Positions 13,151-25,922 of a DNA stretch of 64,000 nt are shown here, piece after piece (the stretch's first letter is position 1; each line of letters begins with the position of its first letter). Position numbers and translations under genes: made by a program. This DNA comes from Lama glama (Eukaryota): assembly GCA_028534125.1 (NCBI GenBank), contig CM052818.1, positions 12,340,001 to 12,404,000 of the forward strand. The letters are read 5' to 3'. The notes below the pieces were generated by a model, which was not told where the DNA came from, ran no database searches, and worked only from the letters and a program-made list of their open reading frames with translations.

Positions 13151-14239
13151 CTAAAACCAGTATTAATACTCCTAGTAATAAGTATGTTTAAATAAAAGGA
13201 GATAACCATAGCATGCATAAGCAATACTTTTTTAATGTAAAAATACAAACATATTTTTCCATATACTGTGAGTGACAATGAGCAATGGATAAACATTTCA
13301 ATTACAAGATAGTTCCTATCTTGAATGTTTTCTCATTGAGTCTTTCATAAACGTAAGCTGTTTTTTTTTTTACTTTTTATTCTATTCCATTTTGAGACTT
13401 TCGGGCCAGTGTGAAAATCCCTTTTTCCTATGTCTTACACTATTTGGCAGGAGAAGGCCCACATGTTCCCATACACACTTTTAAACTATTCAAAGATTTC
13501 TTTGCTATTTTAGCCAGTGACACTGGTTTGTTCTTCAGACTGAATTTTGAAGTCACGTAGTTCAGCTTTTCAAAGCACCATATTGGGTTTTTTTTTTTTT
13601 GGAAATAGTTACATACGTAACTGAAGTGGGAGGACTGTAGACATCAGTTAGTCCAGTGTTCTCTCATTGTACCTAGAAGGAAAAAAGGGCTTCAGACTCT
13701 GAATATAGAGTCGTCCAGTGGCACAGCAACATTTACTACCGTGTACGTAAACGTGACTCTCTAAGAGGCAGGTGTGAAATGGGGCTTGTCCTCTAGAAGC
13801 GAGATAGAGACAGTTCTGGTTTCTGGGAAGGCTGGATCCAGGAAAGGCTGACACAATTGAGTGCTCTAAGAGAGCCCCTCCAGTGTTTTATAACACTATT
13901 TAAATCAGCCGAAGCTTTACATTATATTTGAATGAAACGACATGGTAATTGAAGGGGTGGAGAAACTGAAATAATGAGTGTGTGCAGTGGATCTGAGGTT
14001 CTAGGGACTTGGCTTACAGGAGTACTGTATTCTTGGCTTTCTCTGAGGTCCTCATAGACTTTTCTTTATAAGACAAAGCAAGTATGACATTAAAAAAAAC
14101 TCATTTTACACCTGTCACTTTTGGTCCCAAGAAGATTGTTAACAGAGTGACAGGGACATTGTAGTACAACAGGGAAGTAACAGTCATAGTGACAACCACA
14201 GTAAGTATCACGATGTCTTAATTTTAACATCATGCCTTC

Positions 14240-14405
14240 CTTATGAAAAGGACTCCTAGGAACTCACATGTTTAATTATATTTTCACTCAGATCATTCTT
14301 CTGGGGTGGTCAAAGGCAAACGTTGCCTTCTTTTTACAGATGGTAAAACACAGGTTGGTGAGAAGTGAGGCAATCTCCGGAGGTCTCAGAGGCCACCTGG
14401 AGCAG
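14240..14405 (-). mobile_element. MIR SINE fragment
   Basis: ttttacagatggtaaaacacaggttggtgagaagtgaggcaatctccggaggtctcagag. Confidence 0.6.
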
Positions 14406-15329
14406 CTTCTACGACTGCCTTTTTTTCAGGCAACATTATCCTTCCAAAAATGATAATTGCCAGTGGCCATGTCCTCCGGAGCTCCTTATAATGCAATGAA
14501 AACTTGAAAAATGAAATCAAATGTGTTCCCCTACTGGAATATGTGCTAATGAGGGAAGGAAGACTTACGTATGGAAAGTGAGAGGCCTACAAATGTTTTT
14601 CTTGCATCTATTTTTAAGCACAAGGTCCCAATTTAATTGTGAGGGGAGGAACCCTGGTCCTTGTGAAAATTAAAACCTGATTGTATTGTGGATCAGAGTT
14701 GAGAACCACTGCTCTATAAGGGTTGTTTGATGATGAGTCTATTCCAGTTTCTGAGTGTTTAGATTATGTAATAAACCGCGTAAGTACGCATCATCTGTTG
14801 CTTTCTTCATTGACATAAAGATGTATTTCATCTGGATAATCTGTTATCTATAAGATATAAAATCATGATTCTAAATATAAACTATATTGTTTTTCATGGA
14901 CTGCTTTTCCAGGTTCATGATTTAACAAGGTCAGTATTTTGTCTGCAAACCCCACTGCACAGGCAATCAAAGCACACACAGCATTTTACCTAGAACATTC
15001 CATTAGAGATGGGAGAGGCGGGAACATAGTTCCAGGCACCAAGAAGGGGTTATCTCTTCTTTGGAATGAAGGAAGCTCTGGGAAAGACAACTCTAAATAA
15101 ATCCAGCCTGAGCCTCTGTGTATTCATTGTAGAGCCGCTAGATAGCGCAGGTCTGTGTTAAGGCAGAGACTGCAGGACTCAGGGCAGTAAGCCCAAGCCT
15201 CGCTTTTCTCACACTGTGATGTGCGGAGGAGAAGCTCCCCGTTTTACTTTATGTAACGATTCTACTAAATCCCTGTGGAAATACCTGGAGTCATGAATCT
15301 GTAAAACAGTAAAGGTAGGAGACTGAATA

Positions 15330-15460
15330 TGCAGTTCATACCCTCTAGAAGTAAGGGTGAGGAAATGGAGACCCAGAGAGTAAAGTGATTTGCACAGAGG
15401 CACCCAGAACATTAGTGGTAATATTTGGAAGTAGACCAGGGCTCTTTACTCCAGTGTGTT
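15330..15460 (-). mobile_element. MIR SINE fragment
   Basis: gtgaggaaatggagacccagagagtaaagtgatttgcacagaggcacccag. Confidence 0.7.
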
Positions 15461-16544
15461 ATGCGTGGTTCCGTGAATTTGTGCTCTGTCTTACAGACGT
15501 CGCTGGGCTTGAGTGAATATAGGGTGTCTTCCATGCCTTTTCTGCTTTGCCTTCCACTCCCTCCTTTTTCCCTAACACCACTTCCCCATCCTTACAGACT
15601 TCACATACCGAGGATGCCTCTAGACGGATCTTGATTGGGTCAGGCTGGGAGTTGACTGGCTTTCAGAATTGCAATGACCCATAATGTTTAGGCCGGTAGA
15701 TTTCACAGACACTATTGGAAGCAATGGGCAGTAAAAATATTTCTTCAAAAAAAAAAAGTTTGTTTTTAATTATAATAGATTTGATGTCTTTTTTGGTGTT
15801 ACAGAACAAAAATGAACGATAAGAATAGAGTAGCTCTAAAAAGACTATTGAATCAAAGCAAACAAATCAATAGACTCTAGAATGCTCCCTAAAGCAAGTT
15901 ATCACAATCAGCACAAAGAGACAACCAAAAACAGGTCATAGAGCAATGCTATCCTTTCCTTCACTATCTCACAACGTCCTTATAGAGCACCTCTCAAGGA
16001 AGTGATGCCCTGGTTTTACTGTGACTTTAGAGAAGCAAATGTTTGTGAACTATGAGGAGCCAGAAGCATTCGGAAATTCTTATCAGCCAGCCCTGGGAAG
16101 TTTCCTACACACCCTGGTTCGGCAAGTAATCTGTGAATATAGGACTACTGATTTGTGCCCCAAGTTGAGAGGCATAGTGACAGACATTCTTTCAAATATA
16201 AAAAGGCTATTTATTCTTTAACCTAACACAGTATATAATTTTAGTAGTTTTTAAAAAAATTAGTATTCTATCTTGACACCCCCATGATTGGAGATACAGT
16301 TTATTACACTCTTTATAATATATTTACAAGTGTGCTTATCAAGACTAAGTGCTATAATCTGGAGGTGTTAAGTAGCGTAAAAGCGAGTGTTTTATGCACA
16401 CATGGGACTTGTGTTTGCCTATCACAACCCATCCCATAATCCATTGATCACAGCTTACCTGAAGGCAGCCATTCATTTAACTCTATATTTTATTGATATA
16501 TTGACATAGCTCAAATTTGAGTAGTCCTTTGTAATTAATAAAGG

Positions 16545-16740
16545 CTATTTAGGCAAATTTTCTCATTTGATCCTGACAAGATTCCTATTGAGTTAAATAT
16601 TGACACTTAGAGATAAGGAAAATGAAAGCCATGAACATCCTGATGTACCCGAGCACACACCGCTGGTGAATCAGACCCATGATGGTGCACATTCAAAACT
16701 TTTGATTCCAAATACACTCTTTTTTTCCACCACACCTAAG
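16545..16740 (-). mobile_element. MIR SINE fragment
   Basis: tctcatttgatcctgacaag...agataaggaaaatgaaagc...ctttttccaccacacc. Confidence 0.6.
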
Positions 16741-17006
16741 CTGCAAGTCATTTTGTTAGTAAGTGGGGAGAGGATGATTTTCCTCACATGGTTCTGGAGG
16801 AATAAGTACTCAGAGGCAGCAGACCTCCCAGGTGTTCTGTGTTAACCTCCCAATTTTGCAAGCATCATTTGACACGGGAGCATTGTGACCGTGGCACTTT
16901 GGGAAAGACTCAACCTCAGAAGACCTGGATTTTAGACCTGACGACTAACTTACTTACTTTAGGCTTTCCTCAACTTTAGAGTGAGGAGCTGGATTGGAAA
17001 GTAGAT

Positions 17007-17183
17007 CGGTGGTCAGCAAACTATAGCTCCCTGGGTCAAACCCTCTTTTATAAATAAAATTTGACTGAAACATCGCCATGCCCACTTGCTCACATTGTTA
17101 CCAGTGGCTCCATTCTCGCTGTAACTGCAGAGCTGAGTAGTTGTGCCCTGGAAAGCCTTTTACTGAGAAAATTTGTTGACTTG
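17007..17183 (+). mobile_element. MER58A-like hAT-Charlie non-autonomous DNA transposon
   Basis: ggtcagcaaactatagc...ataaataaaatttgactgaaacatcgccatgcccac...gcagagctgagtagttg...ctttttactgagaaaatttgttgac; flanks resemble the hAT NTCTAGAN target. Confidence 0.8.
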
Positions 17184-19879
17184 TTTTAGATCTTTCTCTG
17201 TTTTATTTTATATTTTTCCATTACCTTATTTTATTTGTCGGTGGAAGAATAAACATTTTCTCGAAGAATTTTTGAAGTACATCTTCAGCTAATGGGGGGC
17301 ATTTGTTTTATCCTGTAATGATTTGGCTGTCATTGCAGCCGGTCTCTGGAGAAGCCCTCTTTCTCATTCCAGGAACTAAGAAAGGTGTTTTCTAGGTTTA
17401 TATCACATTTCCACAAATACAGGTTCAATTAAAGCACCTTTCCTTTTAATTTTTCCCATTCTTTATTGTCATTCAGCCTTGGGTTGAGACAGCGAGATTG
17501 GTAAGAGGTGCCCCCTGGAGACCTCCTGCAAATGCTGTTCCACGAAGTAGTGGTTTCCCAATGTGTGTCTCATACAAAACCAAACAATACAAATAATGCT
17601 TCTATTGTAGCTTTCCTATGGCTCGTCTCAAGGGGGTGAGACTATCATCGTGAAACACAACAAAGCTGCTATAGAAATGGACAGGCAGAGGAGATAGTCG
17701 TCTGCCGGCCTCAGAAACTCAAGGAAACTTCCTCTGAACTGACAGCTGAAAGCTGCAGGGTTTTTCTTTAGTTTTTCACTGAAATGTAAAGATACCCCGT
17801 CTCAAATGGTAGTTGCAGAAGGTTTTCACTATGATCTACATGTAAATTATTGAATAGATGATCAACAGATTATACTTATAATCCTTAAAATATTAACTGA
17901 AAAGCAGGAATGATTTTTTTAAAACTCCGAGGCTGTTAGAAAACTACTAACTGGCAACATTACGTTGTTTCTTCCATTGTCTTGCTAGATTTCTTCTAAC
18001 ATCTAACATGGATCAGATGTTCAAGTCAGGCAGACAAATTGATTTATTGAAGTTTATCATGGTCCAGGCTCCCAAATTGCTTTGGTTATCCTGTTTGAGG
18101 CAAATAGTTACTTGATTTTTATTCATTTAGGAACATTTCTTTTGCTTCATCATGTCACACACCTCCTCTTTTGTTCCTTCCCAAAGTTTGTTAAATTTAG
18201 TTTCTCAACATTGAAAGCAAAGGTGTATTTACATAACTTGTTTGATCCATAACATTCCTATTTACAGAACTGAGCACACAGATTGGCATGCAGAGAGAAG
18301 CCAGATTGCAGGGAAAAACTCTTTCTATAGGACTTACTGCAGAACTATGCAAGAAGAAAAAAGTCTTAGTTATTCAGATTTCTGCCTTCGACTCCTTATT
18401 TTTGGTGTCCTCAGAAGTCATATTTTATGATCCAGAATAAACTGAATACCAGCTAACTCAGCTTTTGGTAAGTTAAGATAATACTCATATTAGGCCTGGG
18501 AAGTAGCTAAGTATGGATCATTAGATACAAAAGACGAGTAAGCTATCCTCAGGAGAACCCTATAGCATTGCAGGGGCTTGGACATAGTTTTTTTGCAGTG
18601 GATATAGATGATGAAGCAGAATGATTTCAGTTGGAAGAAAGATCTAGGCTTCGTAAGGCTGCTCAGAAACCATTATAATGTTAATTTAAGAATGTTTTTG
18701 ACGGGGGAGAAAAACCCTGTCTCCGTACTGGGTTCCAATCCATTGGCCAAACAGAAGAAATTTCCCCCTTCCTAAACACCAGGTTCTATAGCTGGATGTT
18801 TAGACCATGTCTGATCTCTGCCTTGCTGATCTCCTGGCCAATCCATCACGTGGGAACAAAGCTGTCAGATGGCACTGTCTTGGTTGGCTGCCCTCTCAAA
18901 TGTATTCCTTAGTTGGCTGACATGCTGCCAGCAAGTGGAAACCCCACACTTGAGTGGTGCTCTCTGTCAGGGCTCCAGAAGGGGAAAGTGCGCTGGGGCA
19001 GATGTCCTGTCTCCACTCCAGAGTCAGAGGGAGCCAGACAAGCTGCTTATTTCAGAATACTTCATTATGCATTTATTCTACAACCCCAAGACAGGAGTTG
19101 CTACCCCCAGAATGCAATTAGTTCCCACAGCTATATAGCCCAAGAAATTCGTGTAACTCATGCAGGCCATAGCTGCTGACAGAAGGACTTACTGCTGTAC
19201 TGAGCTCTTCCAACGTTAAAGTAACAATCTAAAATCCCCAGGATAATTTTCCATAAATCTAATACATGACTTCTTTTTTTTATTGAGAGGTAATATCAGA
19301 AATTAAACCTTATAAGTATCCAAAAGCAATTACAAAATGAGGAGATTATGGTGGCAATATTGTAAATGGAAACTCACTTAAATGTCAAAGCGCTTGCCAT
19401 AAAGATGGCAATAATGATGCTAAACACGATACATGGAGTTTTCAAATATTAATTCCTTTATTTTTTTCTCTATTAGGCGTGATGAGGTTCAAACAACCAT
19501 CACCACACTGATTGTGGAAATAATAATACCACCGTCATCTGCTGGTGAAACAGGAAAGAACGGCACTGCCATTCTGCCCTACAGGCACTTACTAGCCAGA
19601 GTCAGACATAAGTCCCTAGAGGTAAAATGACAGCACATGACAAGGCTCGGAGCTCAGAGCATAATTGTAAACCTGCATGCTAAGAAGTCTGACTTTTAAA
19701 GATCCCAATCAGCAAAAATGGCAGTAAACAGAGAATTCGTTTTTCAGGCTGAGTGTTACTGTTTGCTGGTCATAACATGTTTTCAGTTTTGAAACATTTG
19801 TTATTGTTTGCTATTTACATCTAGTCAACTTGTTGATCCAGTTCAATACAGTTTGAGAACAAGCCTCATGCCTGCCCCT

Positions 19880-20015
19880 GCTTTCCTTCCTTCTTCAGCG
19901 CTAATCAGACTCCTACTGTGTACAGGCATCATGCTAAGCAGTAAGGGGGATACTAAGGAAGCATATGGGGTGGGCTTGGTCCTGTAGCAACTTACAGTCT
20001 GGCTGGGGGAGGCGG
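19880..20015 (-). mobile_element. LINE L2 3' fragment
   Basis: ctcctactgtgtacaggcatcatgctaagc...gcaacttacagtctggctgggggagg. Confidence 0.6.
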
Positions 20016-20409
20016 AACTAACTAGAAAAACTCAAAGCAGAACATCAGGGAAACTTAGAGTCTTCCATTGCACGTTATCAAAGTCCGTTTCAGATGGGAA
20101 GAAAGCTATAGAAAATGCATAAGTGGACCGAACACAGAGACTTCTCAGCCAGATTAGCGAAAAGGAAGTTACGGAAGAACCGACTCAGTGCCAGACCTTG
20201 GACTAGGTCCCTTGACTTGTGTGTTATGCAGAGTAACCCCCTTGATGCAGTCGTAGGAGAAACACAGGCCTCTCATTTTACAGATGATGGGAGGGAAGAC
20301 ATTAAGACCTCTACTCTCTTTTCAGATCTCAGCCAAAATGTTCCCTCTTTCTTCAGGGACAGTCTTTGAGGGGCTTTATCTCATTCCTGTGACTGTGTGT
20401 GTGTATCTT

Positions 20410-20560
20410 CACTCTAAAGCTCAATGCAGTGAATAGCGCCCGAGTGCACATCCGCTTTTCCTAGTGTTAGGAACGGTTTTTACATCTTCCCACCTCCAGA
20501 GCTTAACACAATGCCTGCAATGTTACAGGTGCTCAACAGGTGTTTGCTGAGGGGATGAAC
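20410..20560 (+). mobile_element. LINE L2 3' end fragment
   Basis: gcttaacacaatgcctgcaatgttacaggtgctcaacaggtgtttgctgaggggatgaa. Confidence 0.6.
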
Positions 20561-21674
20561 AATGACGAACTGCTTGTAGGGCAGAGCTGGGATTAATATT
20601 CAGCTTTTTTAAAAAAAATTCTCAAACTAGTGTTCTTTCCACCATTCTGTGCTGCCAATGCAGAACTTTCTCAGAGAAAGAGATATTTGAATTCCATCCC
20701 GTTACTCTGTTTTTTTCATGAGGGGAGTTCATAGTTGAGGAAAAAACTGGATACCTGAATGAGCCCACCAATGAGATAGTCATTCAGGTGGTATGCAGAA
20801 AAGTTGAGAGTATTCTTAGATCACTTCAAAAAAAAAAAAACCCCCAAAAACCACTGAACCTTCTGGGAATAAAGACCACTCTCACTTTTGCCTCAAACAC
20901 CTGCATTTGAGGTCTAAGTTTTCTGCATAGTTACTCTGGTCTTTGCTTCATTTTAATCTCATTTTAGTGCCTACATAATTGACATTTAAATTTATATTAG
21001 GAAACCCAAGCAGACAAAGAATTGCAGAATTGGATCGAATGAGCTTTCTTTATCACATCATCGTGTTTAGAAGGTGCAAAGGGTTCGATAGCTGCTGGAT
21101 AAATATTTGTGGTTGTTCACCAATCTCAAAATGTTAATACTTGACAGAGAGTTTCAAAATGGCTCCAGAAGCTGGTAATTTCATTCTAAGACATACAAAC
21201 TACCAAAGAAAACAGAGCATTGGAAATCTGTATCTTGGATGGGAAAGAAAAAAATAGTTCTGCCAAGAAACCAGACATTCCTCATAGTCACAGAGGGTCC
21301 TTGGAGGAGAGAAGCTTGAGGTGAAGGTGGGGGCTGGTTTTCTTTTGAGTAGGTGTACGTGTCACCTGTCTGTGTGGGAAAGCCAGCAGCAATCAAGGGA
21401 TCCTGCTTACCCCATAGGTATCTTACTAAAGGAATGCCTTAAAAATAGATTTTGAATTGTAATCAAGTAACCTTGCCCATTTCAGTATCATCCTGAATAT
21501 CAATTAGTAGAAAACATAAAAATAAGTGGCAATGTACTGAAAGATTAGATATCTACACACATGGGAAAGAAATATGCAAATTATGTGCTTTCTCCTAAGC
21601 CCTACTGTGAACTCCACAAGAGTTAACAAATCTAATTTGCCACTAATTTTGCAGCAAAGCCAAAGGAAAACAGG

Positions 21675-21766
21675 TTTTTCTTTCTTTCCTGTTGTTTTCT
21701 TTCTTCCTTTTTTTCCCCTCCCCTCCCTCCCTCCTTCCCTCCTTCCCTTTCTCCTTTTTTTATTTT
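21675..21766 (+). repeat. Pyrimidine-rich low-complexity / (CCCT)n tract
   Basis: ttttctttctttcc...ccctccctccctccctccttccctcctt... Confidence 0.85.
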
Positions 21767-22299
21767 GAACTGTTGCAGATGTATGTGGTTAAAGTAAATG
21801 ATAAGGAGTGTTCTGTGCCCCTCTGACTGTGGTTTCCAGAGAGTTTTAATTATTCATTTGATTTGTTGAAAGGGCCGTCCTACTGGGTGATTTGATAAAG
21901 TCACATCCCTTTTTTTTTTTCTTTTTGAACAGCAGATGCTCTGACAGTGCAGAAAAGATGGAGACCCTTCCCTTGTACATAGTAAAGTAGGAGACAGTCC
22001 CCTGTCACCTACATCTCTTCCCTCCCCTCTTTGTCTTTCCCTTTGTCCTTCCCTGATTTGCCTTCATAAGTAACAGTGTTTTCATTTCACTCTTCTGGTC
22101 AAAAAGGAAAGTCAGGCCTTTCTACCTGCAGGTTTTACAAGAACTTTACACCAGTATATCTAAAAGTAGTCTCACCACCATCTTCTGTCTTACTCATCCA
22201 CACTATTTCTGTTAACACTCTCACCTTTCATTACAGAGTCCGTTCATCTAGCCTTCTCTCTTTCACAGGCCCCTCTGGTCCAGGCACTAATGCCCCCAC

Positions 22300-22560
22300 A
22301 GTTCATTTGTCACTGCTTCCTCCCTTGTCCTCCCTCTCCTAGAGTTGCAGGGCTCATTATGCCATAATTCAACCATTGCAATGGCCCTTGTTGGGCTTTC
22401 TACCCAACGGTCCCTGCAGTCGAAATTGCATCTGACTGTTGAATCTCAGATTTATCCTCCTGGAGCTCTCTTCTGGTTGTATCACTACAGAATCCCCAAA
22501 CTTTTACTATCAACCTGGTGACTTCAGAATAGAATTCAAACTGTTTCTTAGCATTCAAGT
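22300..22560 (+). mobile_element. LINE L2 fragment
   Basis: ccattgcaatggcccttg...cttcagaatagaattcaaactgtttcttagcattcaag. Confidence 0.5.
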
Positions 22561-24702
22561 TTACCCCGAAGATTAGGGAGACATTTAAGTGGTGGGACGG
22601 GTAGGTGAGTATAAAGCAGAGAGAAATACAAGTAATTCATTTCAGGGTTGTTTGCAAGACTCACTAAGATAATTTAAAGCACAGGGCATAGTACCACCCA
22701 TCTAAATGAAGCAAATACATATTGGTTATTGTTGTCTTCTCCTGTTTGGGGATTGTTGAAGCAACAGAGAAAAGAGACCCCGCTCTGCTGTGGCTAGAAT
22801 GCATAGAAAATTGTGATAATCTTTGAAATATAATACTTTTAAAGAAATTCCATCAGCACATAAATTTAAAATCTTGGTTAAGAATTTGTTTATTAATTAT
22901 TTTCTTTTGTAATGTATTTCCGAAGCATTATAAAAAACAAATCCTGCTGCAGAAACTCCCATTAGAGCCTCATAAATGGAACTGTATTCTGTAATTTAAA
23001 CTGGGCATTTTAATACAGTTTAAAAAATTACATGGCTGTATTATTCAAATGAGAAAAGTAGTTGATGTGCATTCAGATTAGTTCCTTTAATAATGCTTTT
23101 TAAAACTCTGTGGCTATTACTGACTCAGTAGTACAATGATAATTTGCAATGCCCCATTGGCTTCAATAAAAGGGCAAAGAAAATGGTTCAAGTTATCTTA
23201 GAGAGGCTAATATAAGGCAGTATAAAAAGTAAGTTTTTTTTTAAACTCAGAAAATAAAAGGCACAAAGTGAAATATATGCATTCTACCCACTTAGGTTCC
23301 CCAAAGACGCTCCAGCTTCCAGAATTCCAGTATTAACTGAATTTATAATGAGTGAGCTTAAGCCCCTATTTACTCTTCAACCGAGTGGCTAAGACTTGAA
23401 AGTTTTGAAACTGCATGAGGTGTACAGCAAGAAGGCTCAAGCCCAAAGAGAAAATTAGAAAAATGAGAATTCTTATCTCAGAAAGGGATGTTAGAGAGTT
23501 GTTTTATCCAGAGGTTTGTTTTTGTTTTTGTTTTTGTTTGGTTTGGTTGTTTTTGACCCAGGAAGAGAAGGTCCCAGATGTTTAGATCTGGTTTTCTGTT
23601 CAAGGAAAGTAACTCACCAGACATAAATATTAATGATGATTAAGATTAGCCTTCTAAAGCATTATAACCTTGTTCTAAGGTTGCCACTAAAGTTACCACT
23701 AAAGATGCCACGCTAGCATCTCTCAGCTGTCCCACAGGGCCCTCTGAGGGATGTAGTTCTGGAGCAATTAATTATAGGAGCCTACGGACTTTAGGAAAGC
23801 CCCACACCTGCCCTCTGATGATGTGACAAATGACAATAGGCAAGATGATCATAGAGAACGTTCCTACTGTTCTCAAACCCCCCAAGTCATGAGAGTTCCC
23901 TGTTCACCCTCACTGCTCTCCATGCCCTGCATCTACACGTCTCTGGTTTTCCATTCAGTCTTTGGCCCATGTCTATCCTGATGTGGCTTTCCTGATTTTC
24001 ACTCTCTGTTGTTACTTTTCTTGTATCTTCTCAGAAGGGGAGATGACAAACACTTCCGCAGCTACTGAAAGGCCCACACTAACACTGACATTCGTGCAGT
24101 CTGGTCCATTACCCGGTCATCTAGAACTGTATCCGATGGCGCTTTATTTAATCTTCTACTAAAATCATCCATTTGAGAGTTGCCCTTCTATATGCATAGT
24201 CTGCTAATGATAACGGGGATCTGTCCAGAGACGCACTAGAAATGGTCAAAGTCACCTTGTGCTTTTAGCTCAATACAGTGACCCGTGCCTTCCGTTGTGT
24301 GTATATGTCAACGGAAAGTGTAGGCTCTTAAAATCCTCGACACTTATTTATGAGGATTATTCTTCATTTCTTGGAGAAACTGAATATAAATAACAATATC
24401 TAGCATGAGTGGGTCCCTAATGCCCAGCAGGATTTTAATGATAAATCCAGGTCAGGTGGCTCTAAGTACAGATGGCCAAAATATGTTCTAATACATGTCT
24501 CACTACTCCCTTACTTAGAAACAATACAAAATGTACTCCCGTATTATATTTTCTGTCTGTGACTGGTTTTAGGTTACAGAGACAAAGTAAAGAATTTGTC
24601 CCTCAGAATTTTAGATACAGAACACATCACAGTGAAAGAAATTAGGTCATTTTGTCTCCAGCTGTAACTTTTGGGAATACCCGAACAGCTTACCCAGTAT
24701 AC

Positions 24703-24935
24703 CATGGTGGTTAGAACAACGGGTAAAGCTAGCTGTCTGAATTTGAATCCCAGAACTGCCTGTTGTTGGCTTTGTGGTCTTAGGCAAGGTCTTTGCTGTG
24801 TTTTAGAAATCTTATTTGTTAAACAGAGGTAATACCACTATTCACCTCCTAGAGCCATTTTTGAGATTTAAATAAGTTAATAGGTATTAAGTGCTTAAAA
24901 TATTTCCTCGCACAGACTAAAAGCTCAGTATGTAT
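24703..24935 (+). mobile_element. MIR SINE (near full length)
   Basis: gtggttagaac...gaatttgaatcccagaactgcc...tgtggtcttaggcaag...gagatttaaataagttaata...aagtgcttaaaata. Confidence 0.8.
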
Positions 24936-25464
24936 AATTTCCATGCAAGCTTTTACTTATTGTCAGAGTTCATAAGAGCCCAATTGCAAAAATCACAGAT
25001 ACAGCTGAATTAGAACACATTTGAGGCATAACCCCTTTAATCACAGCACATTTAGATACATCCTAAAAGAAGAAATTACAGACCCTTTTACTAGATAAGC
25101 CCAGAGTGTTCTGAATGAGGGAAAACATAGAAAGTTGGAAGGTCACAATTACCGTAGAATAATGATCTTTACATTTTTAGGTGGATTAAAATATGCTAGA
25201 TTTATACACTTGATTTTGCGTTCCATTGTATTTATACTTATATCTTGTAAAGTAAACATGTTGACTAGACAAGCAGCCTTACCAATAATTATCTTTTCCC
25301 CATTTCAGTAGGAACCATCAGGGTGAGAATATTCTTAAAATGGAAGATAATGAATCTTTTGGTTTGATTATGCCACATATTTTTCTTCTACCTTAAAAAC
25401 AATTAAAACAAAAGAATGTTACAAAGCTTTAAAAATTGTATGGGATTATACTGTGAGGAAGGGG

Positions 25465-25922
25465 TGTAGTACATTGAAGATGGCCACATATCTTACTTTT
25501 CCATTTGAGATGTGCATCTTCTTGAATCTGATCTTGTCTTAGTGATTTGGTTGACCAATAAATTGGGGGTAGAAGTGATGTTCTAGAATTTCTAAGACTA
25601 GGTCAAACTGCTCTTAAAATGTTTGTTCTTGGGGCAGCCAGCCTCTATGTAAGAAGCCCCACTTAAGTGGAATCAATGAAGCCACTTACTAGGCTGGACC
25701 AAGACCCCAAAGAAGTGACCCAGTTGAGAAGGCCCAGCCAACTTCAGCCACCCAAGCCACCTTAACTGAGACCCCAGACCTTGTGCAGCAAAGATTAGCC
25801 ATTCCACGCTGTGCCTCACTCAAATCCCTGATCCACAAAATTGTGGGCATCATGAAATGCTTATAGTTTTTACGCCAGTAAATTTTGGAATGGTTGTTAT
25901 GCAGCAATGGATATCTGGAACA
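25465..25922 (+). mobile_element. MaLR solo LTR (MLT1H-like) with intact 5-bp TSD
   Basis: TG...CA ends; aagatggcca start; terminus ttggaatggttgttatgcagcaatggatatctggaaca; AGGGG on both sides (25460-25464 and 25923-25927). Confidence 0.88.

Noticed and set aside
12760..13640. Opposite-strand old L1 fragments as a third twin-priming event
   Set aside because: Too diverged to establish adjacency or a TSD by eye.
15132..15150. CTCF-like GAGCCGCTAGATAGCGCAG
   Set aside because: It has a mismatch at a near-invariant core G.
19479..19511. C/D box-like pair (GTGATGA...CTGA)
   Set aside because: The spacing is too short and there is no terminal stem for a snoRNA.
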